This document shows positions 37,396 through 49,877 of a DNA stretch of 64,000 bases, in pieces (position 1 is the stretch's first letter; the number at the start of each line of letters is the position of its first letter). The position numbers and the translations under genes are program-made. Source of the stretch: an uncultured delta proteobacterium (GTDB lineage Bacteria > Myxococcota_A > Polyangia > Haliangiales > Haliangiaceae); contig CAVUQH010000002.1 of assembly GCA_963743525.1 (NCBI GenBank), positions 1-64,000 of the forward strand. The letters run 5' to 3'. The notes under the pieces were generated by a model, which was given only the letters and a program-made list of their open reading frames with translations, made no database searches and had not been told where the DNA came from.

Positions 37396-38496
37396 TCAGC
37401 GCGGCAGCGAGCGGGCGAACCGCACGATGGCCTCCGCCACCGCGTCCAACGGCACGATGTCGTCCACTGCGCCGGTCCGGACCGCCGACTCGGGCATGCC
37501 GTAGATGACTGCCGTGGACTCGGCCTCGGCCAGCGTCACCCCACCCGCGCGACGGACGGCGGCAACCCCGCGGCTGCCGTCGCTGCCCATGCCGGTCAGC
37601 ACCACGGCCATGGTATTCCGCCCCATCTGGGCCACCGCGGTCTCCATCATCCGGTCGATGCTGGGGACGATCTTGGGCGTGGGACGGGTCTCCTCGGCCG
37701 ACTCGATGCGCACCCCCACGGTGCCGCCGGGACGGGTCTCGACCACCATCGAGCCGCTGCCGGGAGCCACCAGACCTACACCCGGCTCCAGCGGCTCGCC
37801 GCCGGCCGCCTCACACACGCGGAAGCCGCCGGCGGTGTCCAGGCGGCGGGCGAACGGTCCGGTGAAGCTGGCCGGCATGTGCTGCGACACCAGCACCGCC
37901 ACCGGCAGGTCGCGAGGCAGCATTTCGAAGATCTCTTTCAGCGCCGGCGGCCCGCCCGTGGACGCGCCGATGCAGACCACGCCGAGGAGGTGCGGCGCCG
38001 GCATCACCGTCTCGGGCGACCGCGGCCCGGGCGCGAAGCCGGCGGCGGTCGCCGCCCGCGCGCCGCGCAGCCGCACCGGCTCGAGCCGGCCCAGTCCTTT
38101 GATCTTGGCGATCAGCTCGTGGCGAATGGTGTCGAGCTCGGGCGCCACCGTGCGCGCGGGCTTGGCGACGAAGTCGATCGCTCCCAGCTCCAGGGCCTTG
38201 AACACGCTCTCGCGCGCGGAATGCGAGCTGACCACCACCACCGGCGTCGGCCGCTTGCTCATGAGGATGCGCAGGAAGGTGTAGCCGTCCATCCGCGGCA
38301 TCTCGAGGTCGAGGGTGATGACGTCGGGCGCCAGCGCCAGCGCCTCGCGCAACCCCTCGTCGCCGTCGGCCGCCTGGCCGACCACGCGAATCCCGGGGGC
38401 GCCCGCGAGCATCGCCGTGATGCTGCCGCGCGTGCCCGGCGAGTCGTCGATCACCAGCACGCGAATGTCGCCGCCCTCGCCCTCGGCGTTCACCAT
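37396..38496 (-). CDS. cheB: Protein-glutamate methylesterase CheB
   Basis: Receiver domain plus GASTGGP, QHMP, LTGMGSDG. Confidence 0.93.
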   Translation of the reverse strand: MVNAEGEGGDIRVLVIDDSPGTRGSITAMLAGAPGIRVVGQAADGDEGLREALALAPDVITLDLEMPRMDGYTFLRILMSKRPTPVVVVSSHSARESVFKALELGAIDFVAKPARTVAPELDTIRHELIAKIKGLGRLEPVRLRGARAATAAGFAPGPRSPETVMPAPHLLGVVCIGASTGGPPALKEIFEMLPRDLPVAVLVSQHMPASFTGPFARRLDTAGGFRVCEAAGGEPLEPGVGLVAPGSGSMVVETRPGGTVGVRIESAEETRPTPKIVPSIDRMMETAVAQMGRNTMAVVLTGMGSDGSRGVAAVRRAGGVTLAEAESTAVIYGMPESAVRTGAVDDIVPLDAVAEAIVRFARSLPR

Positions 38497-39344
38497 CGGC
38501 TCCTCCGCGGAGGTCCGGGCTTGCGGTAGACGGTGTCGTTTTCCAGCTGCACCAGCTCGAAGTCGGTCGGCAAGTTGAGAAGCGTCTCGGAGTGGCCGAG
38601 GAGCAGATAGCCTCCCGGCGCCAGGCGATCATAGAACGACTGCACCACCCGCCGCCGCACCGCGGCGTCGAAATAGATGAGTACGTTGCGACAGAACAAC
38701 ACGTCGACGTCGCCGACCAGCTCGAGCGGCTCGTCCTGGACCAGGTTGAGGCGGGCAAACGCGACCGGCGCGCGCACATCTTCGCGCACCTCCCACAAGT
38801 TGCCGGCGCGGCGAAAGAAGCGGTCGCGGCGCAGCGCCGAGGTCGACCGCAGCGCCGAGTCGCGGTAGCGCGCCTGGCTGGCCTGGCGCAACACCCGGCG
38901 CGAGATGTCGGTGCCGACGATGCGCACGTCCCAGTCGCGGAATCCGCCCTGCTCGACCAGCAGCATCGAGATGGTGTAGGCCTCCTCGCCGCTGGCGCAG
39001 CCGGCGCTCCACAACGACAGCACCTTCTCGTCCTTCTCGGCGCGCAGCTCGGGCAGGATCTCCTCGGCGAAGGCGCGCAGCTGGTACTCCTCGCGAAAGA
39101 AGTAGGTTTCGTTGACCGTCACGCGATCGACCGCCTCTTCCAGCTCGCGCCGGCCGTGCGAGCCGGTGCGCAGCAGGCGCGCGTACTCGGAGAAGCTGCG
39201 CGCGCCGGTGGCATCCAGGCGCGGCGCCAGCCGGCGCTCGAGCAGATAGCGTTTGTCCTCGTTGAAGTGCAGGCCGGCGTAGCGATGAAAGAGCTCGCTG
39301 ATCAGGCGAAATTCGCCCGCAGTCATCTCCACGCCCGCTGCCAT
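38490..39344 (-). CDS. cheR: Protein-glutamate methyltransferase CheR
   Basis: NETYFFRE, WSAGCASGEEAY, FCRNVLIYFD, GHSE. Confidence 0.93.
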   Translation of the reverse strand: MAAGVEMTAGEFRLISELFHRYAGLHFNEDKRYLLERRLAPRLDATGARSFSEYARLLRTGSHGRRELEEAVDRVTVNETYFFREEYQLRAFAEEILPELRAEKDEKVLSLWSAGCASGEEAYTISMLLVEQGGFRDWDVRIVGTDISRRVLRQASQARYRDSALRSTSALRRDRFFRRAGNLWEVREDVRAPVAFARLNLVQDEPLELVGDVDVLFCRNVLIYFDAAVRRRVVQSFYDRLAPGGYLLLGHSETLLNLPTDFELVQLENDTVYRKPGPPRRSRW

Positions 39345-40927
39345 CAGCGCGGTTCCGGCTCCCGCTCGCTGCGCTCGGCGTCGCTGAGGGCAGCGCGGAT
39401 CGCCGCGGCCATCTCGGCATCGTCCTCGACCGGCAGGCGTTCGCGCAGGTGCTGGTGACCGGCGCCGCCCAGCGTGCCCAGGGCGCGAATCGCGGCCAGC
39501 CGCGCGTACGGCTCCGGATCTTCGAGATGCGGCGCCAGGACGTCGGCGACGTCGTCGCCACCGAGCTCCGACAGCGCCAGCGATGCCGCCGCGCGGACCT
39601 CACCCAGCGGCGAGGACAGACCGACACCGGTGAGCAGCGACGTCGCCTGGGGCGCCAGCCCGCGCACACCCAGCCGTCCCAGCGCGGTCGCCGCGGCCGC
39701 CGCCACCTCGGGCAAGCTGTCGTCACCCAGCGCCGTGGCTGCGCGGGCCTCGGCGCCGGCACCGCCCACTGCACCCAGCGCGCGCAGCGCCGCCGCCGCC
39801 GACCGCTCGTCATCACCGACGACGGCCTCGCCCAGCGCACGGTCGACGGCGTCGCCGCCCTGCCCCAGCGAGGCAACCGCGTCGTACAGGTCGGCGCGCA
39901 GATCCGGCTCGATCCGATCGGCCGCGGCCAGCACCGCGTCCACCGCCACCGCGCCCATGGTCGCCAGCGCGGCCAGGCACGCATCGGCGACGCTGGGATC
40001 GGCGAGCCCTTCGGCCAGCGCGGCCACGAACTCGCGGGCGCCGGCTCCGCCCAACACCACGGCAGCCGCCCGGCGCGCTTCCGGATCGGACGAGGCGAAG
40101 ACCGCGACCACGTGGGCGCGGGCGTCGGGCCCGAGGCCGCCGAGCATGCGGCGGATCTCCCCGGCCTCATCGTCGTCGGCGTGCCGCAACAGGGTCGCCA
40201 GCGCCACCGTTGACGCCGTGTGCAGCGCCCGCCGCGAATCGCGCAGGGCGTCGACCAGGTGCGGAACCGCCACCGGATCGCGACTCCAACCGAGCAGCCG
40301 GATCGCCGCCTTGCGCAGGACCGGCTCTTCCAGGCTGGGGCGAATCTCGGCCACCGTCACTTCGACCTGCAGCACCGCAAGCCCCTCGAGCGCGGCCAGG
40401 CGCAGGGTCAAGTCGTCGTCGGCCAGCAGCCTGCGCAGCGCAGTCTTGGCGCCCACCCCGCCGACCTGGCGCAGCGCCTCGGCGGCGGCGACACGCAGGT
40501 TGGGATCGTCGTCGGCCAGCAGCCGGGTCAGCACCGGGGTGGCATCGCCCTCGCCGATGGCGCCCAGGGCATCGACCAGGAACTTGCGGTGGTCGCCACC
40601 GGTGGACACCTCGCCCAGGAGCGGCGCCACCGCCGGCCGGCCGATGCGCGCCAGCGACTCGAGCGCAGCGTTGCGCCGGCCGACCTCGGTGGTGTCGCGA
40701 ACCACGGCGATCAGCGCCAGGGTCGCGGCCTCGATGTCACCCCACCGCGCCACCCGCGCGGCCGCTTCTTTGCGCACCCGCCAGTCGTCGTCGCCCAGCG
40801 TGTCGACCAGCAGCTCGAGCAACTCCGGCCGCGCGTTGCCGGGCAGCTCGATCACCGCCCGCCTCCGGTCCTCGGGATCCTCGGCCGCCAGCTGCGCGCG
40901 CAACAGGCGCAAGTCGAGGCCGCTCAC
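39344..40927 (-). CDS. HEAT-repeat protein
   Basis: Repeated LxDxDxxVRxxAAxAL helices. Confidence 0.85.
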   Translation of the reverse strand: MSGLDLRLLRAQLAAEDPEDRRRAVIELPGNARPELLELLVDTLGDDDWRVRKEAAARVARWGDIEAATLALIAVVRDTTEVGRRNAALESLARIGRPAVAPLLGEVSTGGDHRKFLVDALGAIGEGDATPVLTRLLADDDPNLRVAAAEALRQVGGVGAKTALRRLLADDDLTLRLAALEGLAVLQVEVTVAEIRPSLEEPVLRKAAIRLLGWSRDPVAVPHLVDALRDSRRALHTASTVALATLLRHADDDEAGEIRRMLGGLGPDARAHVVAVFASSDPEARRAAAVVLGGAGAREFVAALAEGLADPSVADACLAALATMGAVAVDAVLAAADRIEPDLRADLYDAVASLGQGGDAVDRALGEAVVGDDERSAAAALRALGAVGGAGAEARAATALGDDSLPEVAAAAATALGRLGVRGLAPQATSLLTGVGLSSPLGEVRAAASLALSELGGDDVADVLAPHLEDPEPYARLAAIRALGTLGGAGHQHLRERLPVEDDAEMAAAIRAALSDAERSEREPEPR

Positions 40928-41673
40928 GACCCATCTCCTTCGTCGTGGTGGTGGGCGTGGAGGATTTCGCTGAGCGCCTCGCCGAAGTAGTCGCGCGCCT
41001 GCGCGATCTCCGACGGCACGCGCAGGCCGTACAGGCGTCGCGCTTCACCGACGTCGGCCGCCAGCTCCGGGGGGAAGTCGCCCGGCGCTCCGTCGGCGCG
41101 CCAGCGCGACACCTCGTCACCGACGTACAGCATCAGGTCGGCGACCAGGAGACGCGCCAGGTTGCGCGCACGCTCCTCGCCCTCGCTGCGGCTGCGGTAG
41201 CTGAAGCTCAGGCGGTCCTCGCCGGCGGCGCGGATCGCCTCGGCCTTGTGCTCGCCGGTCTCGCTGATCTGCCGTCGCCGCACCAACAGTCGCTCGCCGT
41301 GCCCGGTCAGCGCCCGGTCGAGCTTGCCCGGCAACTGGTCGACGATGTGGTGCTGCTCGACGTAGTCGGACGCGCCGTACAGGCTGGTCGGCCGGCGCTT
41401 GTACGCGGTGCGCGAGTAGACCGAGGCGATCAGGATCACCGCGGTGTGCAGGCCGGCCGCGGCGATCTCCTCGCACAGCTCGTAGCCGAGCACGCCGGGC
41501 AGCGCGACGTCGACCACCAGCGCCGCCGGTGGCGGCGTCGCGCGCAGGACCAGCCGCGCGCTCTCGCCGTCGGCCACGCCGATGACCCGGTGCCCCGCCG
41601 CACGCGCGACCGCCACCGCCGACTCGCGCAGCGCGGTCTCGCCGTGGGCGACCAGTACCAGGGACCCGCTCAT
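40924..41673 (-). CDS. Atypical response regulator with C-terminal helical domain
   Basis: VVDVALPG but the acidic pocket reads AHGE; C-terminal RARNLARLLVADL. Confidence 0.75.
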   Translation of the reverse strand: MSGSLVLVAHGETALRESAVAVARAAGHRVIGVADGESARLVLRATPPPAALVVDVALPGVLGYELCEEIAAAGLHTAVILIASVYSRTAYKRRPTSLYGASDYVEQHHIVDQLPGKLDRALTGHGERLLVRRRQISETGEHKAEAIRAAGEDRLSFSYRSRSEGEERARNLARLLVADLMLYVGDEVSRWRADGAPGDFPPELAADVGEARRLYGLRVPSEIAQARDYFGEALSEILHAHHHDEGDGS

Positions 41674-42158
41674 GCCGGGGCACTCTCCATGCCGCGCAGC
41701 TGGTCCTTTTCGTCGTCGCTGAGAATGGCGTCGAGGTCGAGGACCATCACGATCTCCCCCTCCGATTTGACCACGCCGGAGAAGAAACGACGGGCCATGC
41801 CCAGCGGCGGCGGCGGCTTGATCTCGCTCTCCGCGATCTGCCGCCGGTCGGCGACGTCGTCGACCGCCAGGCCGACGATGCGGCCCTCGAGGCCGACGAT
41901 GACGTACTTGCTCCGCTCCGAGCCCGCGGCGCGCGCGTCCAGGCCGAAGCGCCGGCGCAGATCGATGAGCGGCAGGAAGGCGCCGCGCAGCTCGACGATC
42001 CCCTCGACGAACGACGGCGCCATCGGCACGCGGGTGATCGGCACCGGCCGGATGATCTCCTTGATGCGCATGATGTCAACCGCGTACAGGGAGTCGTCGA
42101 CGACGAAGCAGACCACCTGCACCGACGGCCCGGCCTCGTTGGTTCCGCCGTCGGTCAT
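41670..42158 (-). CDS. cheW: CheW
   Basis: YAVDIMRIKEII, VPMAPSFVEGIVELRG, GLAVD. Confidence 0.9.
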   Translation of the reverse strand: MTDGGTNEAGPSVQVVCFVVDDSLYAVDIMRIKEIIRPVPITRVPMAPSFVEGIVELRGAFLPLIDLRRRFGLDARAAGSERSKYVIVGLEGRIVGLAVDDVADRRQIAESEIKPPPPLGMARRFFSGVVKSEGEIVMVLDLDAILSDDEKDQLRGMESAPA

Positions 42159-42673
42159 CGCACCGTCCCCACCTTGAAGCCGACCACCTGCGCCAGCTCG
42201 AGCAGCACGATCAGCTCGCCCTCGACGCGGGCGACGCCGGCGACGAAGTCCGTCGCGACCCCGCTGGGCAGCGGCGCGCTCTCGATCTGCGGATTATCGA
42301 CGCGCTCGACTCGAACCACCCGGTCGACCACCAGGCCGAAAGGCTCGCCGTCCTGGTCGACGATCAAGATGCGGGTTTCGCGCGACGGCTCGACCGGCGG
42401 CAAGCGCATCCGCCGCCGCAGGTCGAGCACCGGAATCACCAGCCCGCGCAGGGTGATGACGCCGAGCAGGAACGCCGGCACCCGCGGCAGCTCGGTGATC
42501 TCGCGCATGCGCGAGATCTCGCGCAGCTCGGTCATGTCCAGCGCGTAGGTCTCGCCGCCCAGCGCGAACGTCAGCAATTCGCGATCGTGATGACGGCGCG
42601 ACCGCCGGCCGGTGTAGGCGGCGAGGAAGGTCTCTTCCGTGGCCAGCGCCCGGCGCCCGCCGTCGGCCATCAC
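42155..42673 (-). CDS. cheW: CheW
   Basis: YALDMTELREI, LPRVPAFLLGVITLRG, GLVVD. Confidence 0.9.
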   Translation of the reverse strand: MMADGGRRALATEETFLAAYTGRRSRRHHDRELLTFALGGETYALDMTELREISRMREITELPRVPAFLLGVITLRGLVIPVLDLRRRMRLPPVEPSRETRILIVDQDGEPFGLVVDRVVRVERVDNPQIESAPLPSGVATDFVAGVARVEGELIVLLELAQVVGFKVGTVR

Positions 42674-44823
42674 GCCGCCTCCGCGGAGCCGCCGCGACCG
42701 AGGGCGGCCTCGACCAGCGACGGGATATCCAGGACCAGCACGGTCTTCTGCCCGGCCAGCTCGGTGGCGCCGGCGATGCCGGCCAGCCCCGACAGCGCCC
42801 GGCCCAGCGGCTTGATGACGATGTCCTGCTGGCCGACCAGCTCGTCGACCACCAGGCCGACGCGGTGCTGGGCGATGCCGACGACGACCACGTACATGTG
42901 ATCGCTCGACAGGTCGTCGACGTCGACCAGCGGCGAGGCCACCGTCGGCGGCGCCACGGGCTCCGCCGGCGCGGTCAGCCCGAAGACGTCGGCGACTCGC
43001 ACCAGGCGCAAGGTCTGGCGGCGCAACGACACCACCTCGCGACCTTCGATGGTGCGCACGTCCTCGGGCTCGAGCATCAGGCTCTCGACCACCGCGTTGA
43101 GCGGGATGGCGTAGGTGCGGCCGGCCACGCGAGTGATGATGGCGCCGATGATCGCCAGGGTGATCGGCAGCGTGATGGTCACCTGCGTGCCCAGGCCGGT
43201 CGCAGACGACACGTCGATGATGCCGCTGAGGTGGGCGATGTTGGTCTTGACCACGTCCAGGCCGACCCCGCGGCCGCTGATCTCGGTCGCCTTCTCGCGG
43301 GTCAACATGCCGGGCAGGAACAACAGATTGTGCAGGTCGCGGCGGGTCATCTCGCGCAGCTGCGCCTCGTCGATCAGCCCGCGCGACACCGCGGCGCGGG
43401 CGACCGCCTGCTCGTCGATGCCGCGGCCGTCGTCGGTGACGCTGACCAGCACCCGGTTGCCCTGCTGCAGCGCGCGCACGGCGATGGTGCCGATCTCCGG
43501 CTTGCCCGACGCGATTCGCTCGGACGCGGTCTCGAGCCCGTGGTCGATGGCGTTGCGGATGATGTGCATCAGCGGGTCGGACAGCTCCTCGACGATCAGC
43601 TTGTCGAGCTCGACCTCGGCGCCGCTGATCTCGAGACGAATCTCCTTGTTGAGGCTGCGCGACAGCTTGCGCACCACGCGCGACAGCTTGTCGAACACCT
43701 GCCGCAGCGGCACCATGCGCACCTCGAGGATGCCGTCCTGCAGCTCGGTCAGGCGCCGCTCGAGGGCGCGCACCTCGTAGCGGAGGATCTGGCTCTCCTC
43801 GGTCAGGCCCCGCTCGATGAATCGCTCGAGCAGCGCCGCCAGCCCGGTGTGGACCAGGGTCAGCTCGCCGACCGCGGTCATCAGCGCGTCGAGCTTGCGG
43901 ATGTCGACGCGCACCGACTGGCTGACCGAGCGCAGACTGGTCATCACGTCGTCGGCGGCATCGGCGACCGCGTCGGCTGTCTCCAGCACCAACTCGGGCG
44001 GGCGCATCGGCGTCGGCACCGGCGGCGGCAGGTCGGCCGGTGGCATCGCGATCGGCGCCGCCGACTCGCGCCGAGGAACCCGCCCCAGCTCGATGTCGAT
44101 GCCCTCGAGCGCCCGTGCCAGCTCGGACTGGACCGCGTGCGACGCGACCAGGATGTCCAGCTCGAGCACGTTGGGATCGGAGGCCGCGCCCGACGGCAGG
44201 TAGGTAATGATTTCGCCGACCGGTTTGACCCGGACCTTGATCGCCTCGATTCCCTTGTCGATGGCCATCAGGTCGAACACGCCGTGCAGGCGATAGATGG
44301 TCGTGCCGCGGCGGATGCTCTCGCGCAGACGGTGCTCTTCGTACTCGGTCAGGACGCTGAGCAGCCCCGGCTCGATCAGGTAACCGCCCAAGCCGTCGTC
44401 GGCGCCGACCTCGTCGCGGGCGACCGGCGGCGCCTCGGTGGCCGCCTGCAGCCGCGCCAGGTAGTTCCCGACCTCGGCGGCGTCCAGATCGCCGCCACTG
44501 GCCGCCGCCTCGAGGCCGCGACCAAACAGCTCGACCGCCTCGAACAGAACGTCGAGCACCGCCGGGTGCGGCTCGGCCCGGCCCAGGCGAATGGCGTCGA
44601 GCAGACTCTCCAGGCGATGCGCCAGCTCACTCTGCTGGGTCAGGCCGAACATCCCACACAGGCCCTTGAGCGAGTGCACGGCGCGGAAGCAGGCGTTGAC
44701 CCGGTCGGGATCGATGTCGCCGGCGGCGCGCTCGCGGTCGAGCTCGAGCAGGTTGCCGCCCAGGGTTTCGACGATCTCCTGCGCTTCGGAGAGGAACTCG
44801 GTGAGTGCCTTGTCGGGAGCCAT
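42670..44823 (-). CDS. cheA: Chemotaxis histidine kinase CheA
   Basis: FRAVHSLKG Hpt, RMVP, HIIRNAIDHG, DDGRG, SGRGVGLDVV, C-terminal CheW domain. Confidence 0.94.
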   Translation of the reverse strand: MAPDKALTEFLSEAQEIVETLGGNLLELDRERAAGDIDPDRVNACFRAVHSLKGLCGMFGLTQQSELAHRLESLLDAIRLGRAEPHPAVLDVLFEAVELFGRGLEAAASGGDLDAAEVGNYLARLQAATEAPPVARDEVGADDGLGGYLIEPGLLSVLTEYEEHRLRESIRRGTTIYRLHGVFDLMAIDKGIEAIKVRVKPVGEIITYLPSGAASDPNVLELDILVASHAVQSELARALEGIDIELGRVPRRESAAPIAMPPADLPPPVPTPMRPPELVLETADAVADAADDVMTSLRSVSQSVRVDIRKLDALMTAVGELTLVHTGLAALLERFIERGLTEESQILRYEVRALERRLTELQDGILEVRMVPLRQVFDKLSRVVRKLSRSLNKEIRLEISGAEVELDKLIVEELSDPLMHIIRNAIDHGLETASERIASGKPEIGTIAVRALQQGNRVLVSVTDDGRGIDEQAVARAAVSRGLIDEAQLREMTRRDLHNLLFLPGMLTREKATEISGRGVGLDVVKTNIAHLSGIIDVSSATGLGTQVTITLPITLAIIGAIITRVAGRTYAIPLNAVVESLMLEPEDVRTIEGREVVSLRRQTLRLVRVADVFGLTAPAEPVAPPTVASPLVDVDDLSSDHMYVVVVGIAQHRVGLVVDELVGQQDIVIKPLGRALSGLAGIAGATELAGQKTVLVLDIPSLVEAALGRGGSAEAA

Positions 44824-44830
44824 GCGAGAT

Positions 44831-45205
44831 TCAGTCGGCCGGCAAATAGCGCCGCACGGCGGCGAGCAGCTGGTCGGCGGCGTACGGCTTGACCAGATAC
44901 TCGTTGGCACCCAACGCCAGCGCCTTGTCGCGATCCCGCTCGTGCCCCTCGGTGGAGATGATGATGAGCGGGGTCGCCTGATAGCGCTCGTGAGTGCGGG
45001 CGAAACGGATCAGCTCCAGCCCGTTGATGTCGGGCATGTTGATGTCCGTGATGACGAGATCGAACGACTCCGTAGGCAGGATGCGGATCGCCTCGAATCC
45101 GCTCGCAGCCTGCGTGATCTCGAGGTCGGCGGCGTCCTCCAGCGCGGCGGCGGCAAAGGCGCGCGCGGTGGCGGAGTCGTCGACGAGCAGCAGCCGGTGC
45201 GGCAC
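44831..45205 (-). CDS. cheY: CheY-like response regulator
   Basis: LVDDS, TDINMPDING, ST, KP. Confidence 0.85.
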   Translation of the reverse strand: MPHRLLLVDDSATARAFAAAALEDAADLEITQAASGFEAIRILPTESFDLVITDINMPDINGLELIRFARTHERYQATPLIIISTEGHERDRDKALALGANEYLVKPYAADQLLAAVRRYLPAD

Positions 45206-45245
45206 CAACTGGCATGTTACCAGGATTCCCGAGTAATCTCAGCGT

Positions 45246-47225
45246 ATGGCCAAGGTAGGCGCACGCTGGCAGGCGTGGCCGCTCCTGGCGGCAACGCTGG
45301 CGGCCGGCTGCCCGGCCGGCAAGGGGACTCCGGACTCTCCGGCGGGACCGCCGCCACCGGAGACGGTCGAGGTCGCCCCCTTCGCCCCCCGTGGGGCGGC
45401 GGATGAGACGCTGATCCTGGGCACCGGGGCCGGCACGCGGTCCACGGTCATCCGGTTGGCGACGGAGGCCCACACCGTCGCCGTGGACGGAACCTGGGCG
45501 GATCCGTCCGGCAAGGGCGGCGGCATCGGCACCGTTCGCCTGACCACCACGCCACAGGCGGGCGGTCTGCTGCGCGTGGGCGTCTCCTGGAGCTTTGCCT
45601 CCACCGACCAGCGCTGGCGCTCGGTGGCCTGGGTCGGAGCGTTCCTCGCCACCTCGGTGCTGAGCGTCAACCTGGCCGACTATCGCTTCGACAGCCTCAA
45701 CACCGGCCGCACCGACCGGGCCGCGACCAGCGCTCTGGTCGCCACCGGCTTCCTCGCCGGGTTGACCGGTGCCGACGTCGCCGCCGACGCCACGGTGATC
45801 GGCATCGTCAACCCCGACGGCACCATCGGACCGGTCGCCAACCTGGCGCAGCAGGTCGCCGCCGCCAGCAAGGCGGGCAAGCGGCGAATCGGGATCCCCA
45901 CCGGACAGCGGGCCGCCGGCACGGTTGCGGTGGCCGACCTCTACGGCGCCTATACCCTGCTCACCGGGAGGCCGCTTCCGCCGCCGCAGCCGGTCGCGGC
46001 GGCCGACATGGTCCTGCCGGCGTCAGTCGCCGCCGCCATCGGTGACCGCTACCGTGCCTGGCGCCGCGACCTTGGACGCGAGTGGGCACGACTGGTCGCG
46101 TTGCGAGCCGCGGGGCGACTGCCGGGCGCCATCGCCGCGCTGGCAAACGCGGCCGACGCCCACGGCCGCGACGCGGAGAAGCGCTTGCGCGACGGCGCCA
46201 TCGTCACCGCCTACGGACGAATCGTCGAAGCCGTCACCTTCGCGCGCGCCGCCAACGCCGTTGCCAGCGTGCTGTCCCTGGTACAGACGGCCAACCTGCC
46301 CGACGCTGGCGAGCGACTCACCGCGCTGCAAGCAGCCGCCCCGGACCGCGCGCCGCTCGAGGCACTCGGTCGCGCGCCACCTCGCACCATTGGCGACTAT
46401 CTGACGACCATCGCGGCCCTGGGGCAGGCGACCGCGGGATGGAGCTTCGAGCGCAGCGCCGCCGACGGCATGGCGCCGGCGCTGGACGCGCTGAGCCACC
46501 TGGATGGCAAGACCGCGGACGAGCTGGCCGATCCCGCGCTGCAGGAGCAGCTCATGCGCGATCTGGTGCCTACACTGCTCGCCCTGGCGCGCGGCGCGGC
46601 CCGCGCCCAGGTCGCCGCCGACCTGCTGGTCGTCGCCCGCGGACAGTCGTCGGCCGCGTTCGACGCGCCGACCCCGGCGCTGAACCAGCTGGCCAGCGCC
46701 TACGCAGCCGTCGCCGCCGCCGACCTGGCCGGCGTCGATCCGCAGCCGGACGACCCCGACTACCTGGTCGCCCACATGGCGTTCGAGCTGTGGCGCAAGC
46801 CGACCGGAGGTGCCGCCGCGATGCGCGACACCTGGGGCGCGGACAGCGCCACCTGGAGCCTGGCGCGCCTCGCCGGAAGCGTCGAGGAGTACAACGCGAC
46901 GTCCGCGGTCGTCGCCCGCGACTCGTCGCTGGCGGCGCACCTCGACGACGACACCGGACAGCCGGTCGGCGTCGGCAACCCGGCCGCGCTGGCGGCGATG
47001 CTGACCGCCGCCGAGCGCGCGGCGCGGCAACACGCCCACGCCGCGCAGGTGGCGACGGGGAGCATTCCGCTGGTGGCGAAGCTGCGCTACCAGCACGCCC
47101 GGACGCTGGCCGGGTCGAAGGACGTCGGCGATCGCCTCACCGCGCTCGAGGAGTACTGGGCGTCTTCGTCGTACTCGCAGCTCGCCGTCGCCCTGGCGCG
47201 CATCAGCACACCCGCGGCGGCGCCA

Positions 47226-47237
<12 letters not shown>
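45246..47237 (+). CDS. Lipoprotein with a Lon-protease (S16)-like domain lacking the catalytic dyad
   Basis: AAGC lipobox; ATVIGIVNPDGTIGPV and GKRRIGIPTGQR match the S16 fold, but DGPSAG reads DRAATS and the Lys position reads Gln. Confidence 0.65.
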
Positions 47238-47741
<504 letters not shown>

Positions 47742-47745
47742 CGGA

Positions 47746-48174
47746 CTACTCCTTGGCCCGCACGCCCTGGGCGATGCGATCGAGGATGCCGTTGACGAAC
47801 GCCGGCGCCTCGGCCGCACCGTAGCGCTTGGCCAGCTCGACGGCCTCGTTGATCACGACCTTGGTCGGCACCTCGGCGGAAGCGAGCAGCTCGCCCACCG
47901 CCAGGCGCAGGATGTTGCGATCGACCCGGCTCATCCGCTCGATGCGCCAGTTGCGCGACGCGCTCTGGATGACGTCGTCGATCTCGGCGCTGCGCTCCAC
48001 CGTGCGCTGGACCAGCTCGACGGCAAACGACAACACCCGCTCGTCGATGTCATCCTCGGCGGCCTCGGCGCAGGCGTCGAGGGCGTTGTTGACGGTCTGC
48101 TCGGGGTTGAGGTCCATCGCGTACAGGACCTGCAGCGCGTGCCAGCGCCCCCGGCGTCTAACCCCTGCACCCAT
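47746..48174 (-). CDS. nusB: Transcription antitermination factor NusB
   Basis: RRRGR...ALQVLY, DRNILR, VVINEAVELAKRYG, FVNGILD. Confidence 0.95.
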   Translation of the reverse strand: MGAGVRRRGRWHALQVLYAMDLNPEQTVNNALDACAEAAEDDIDERVLSFAVELVQRTVERSAEIDDVIQSASRNWRIERMSRVDRNILRLAVGELLASAEVPTKVVINEAVELAKRYGAAEAPAFVNGILDRIAQGVRAKE

Positions 48175-48177
48175 CGC

Positions 48178-48653
48178 TTACCCGTCGATGGCGCGGAACA
48201 GCGACGCCATCTCGATCGCCGCCATGGCAGCGTCGAAGCCCTTGTTGCCGGCCTTGGTGCCGGCGCGCTCGATCGCCTGTTCGATCGTGTCGGTGGTGAG
48301 GACGCCGAAGCTGACCGGAATCGGCGCGTCGTTGGCCAGCTGCGCCAGCCCGCGGGCGACTGCGCCGGCCACGTACTCGAAGTGCGGCGTGCCGCCGCGG
48401 ATGACCGCGCCGACGCAGATGATCGCGTCGATGCCGCCGCGGGCGACCACCTTGCGAGCCACCTGCGGGATCTCGAACGAACCCGGGCAGCGGTAGATGG
48501 CCACGTCCTCGTCGCGCCCGCCGGTGCGGCGGATGGCGTCGAGCGCGCCGTCGACCAGCGGGTCGACGATCAGGCTGTTGAAGCGGCCGGCGACGATGGC
48601 GAAGCGCATGCCGGTGGCCGAAAGCTGCCCTTCGATCGTTTTCATGGGGGTTT

Positions 48654-48657
<4 letters not shown>
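48178..48657 (-). CDS. ribH: 6,7-dimethyl-8-ribityllumazine synthase
   Basis: RFN, PGSFEIP, GAVIRGGTPHFEYV, GNKG. Confidence 0.95.
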
Positions 48658-49873
<1,216 letters not shown>

Positions 49874-49877
<4 letters not shown>

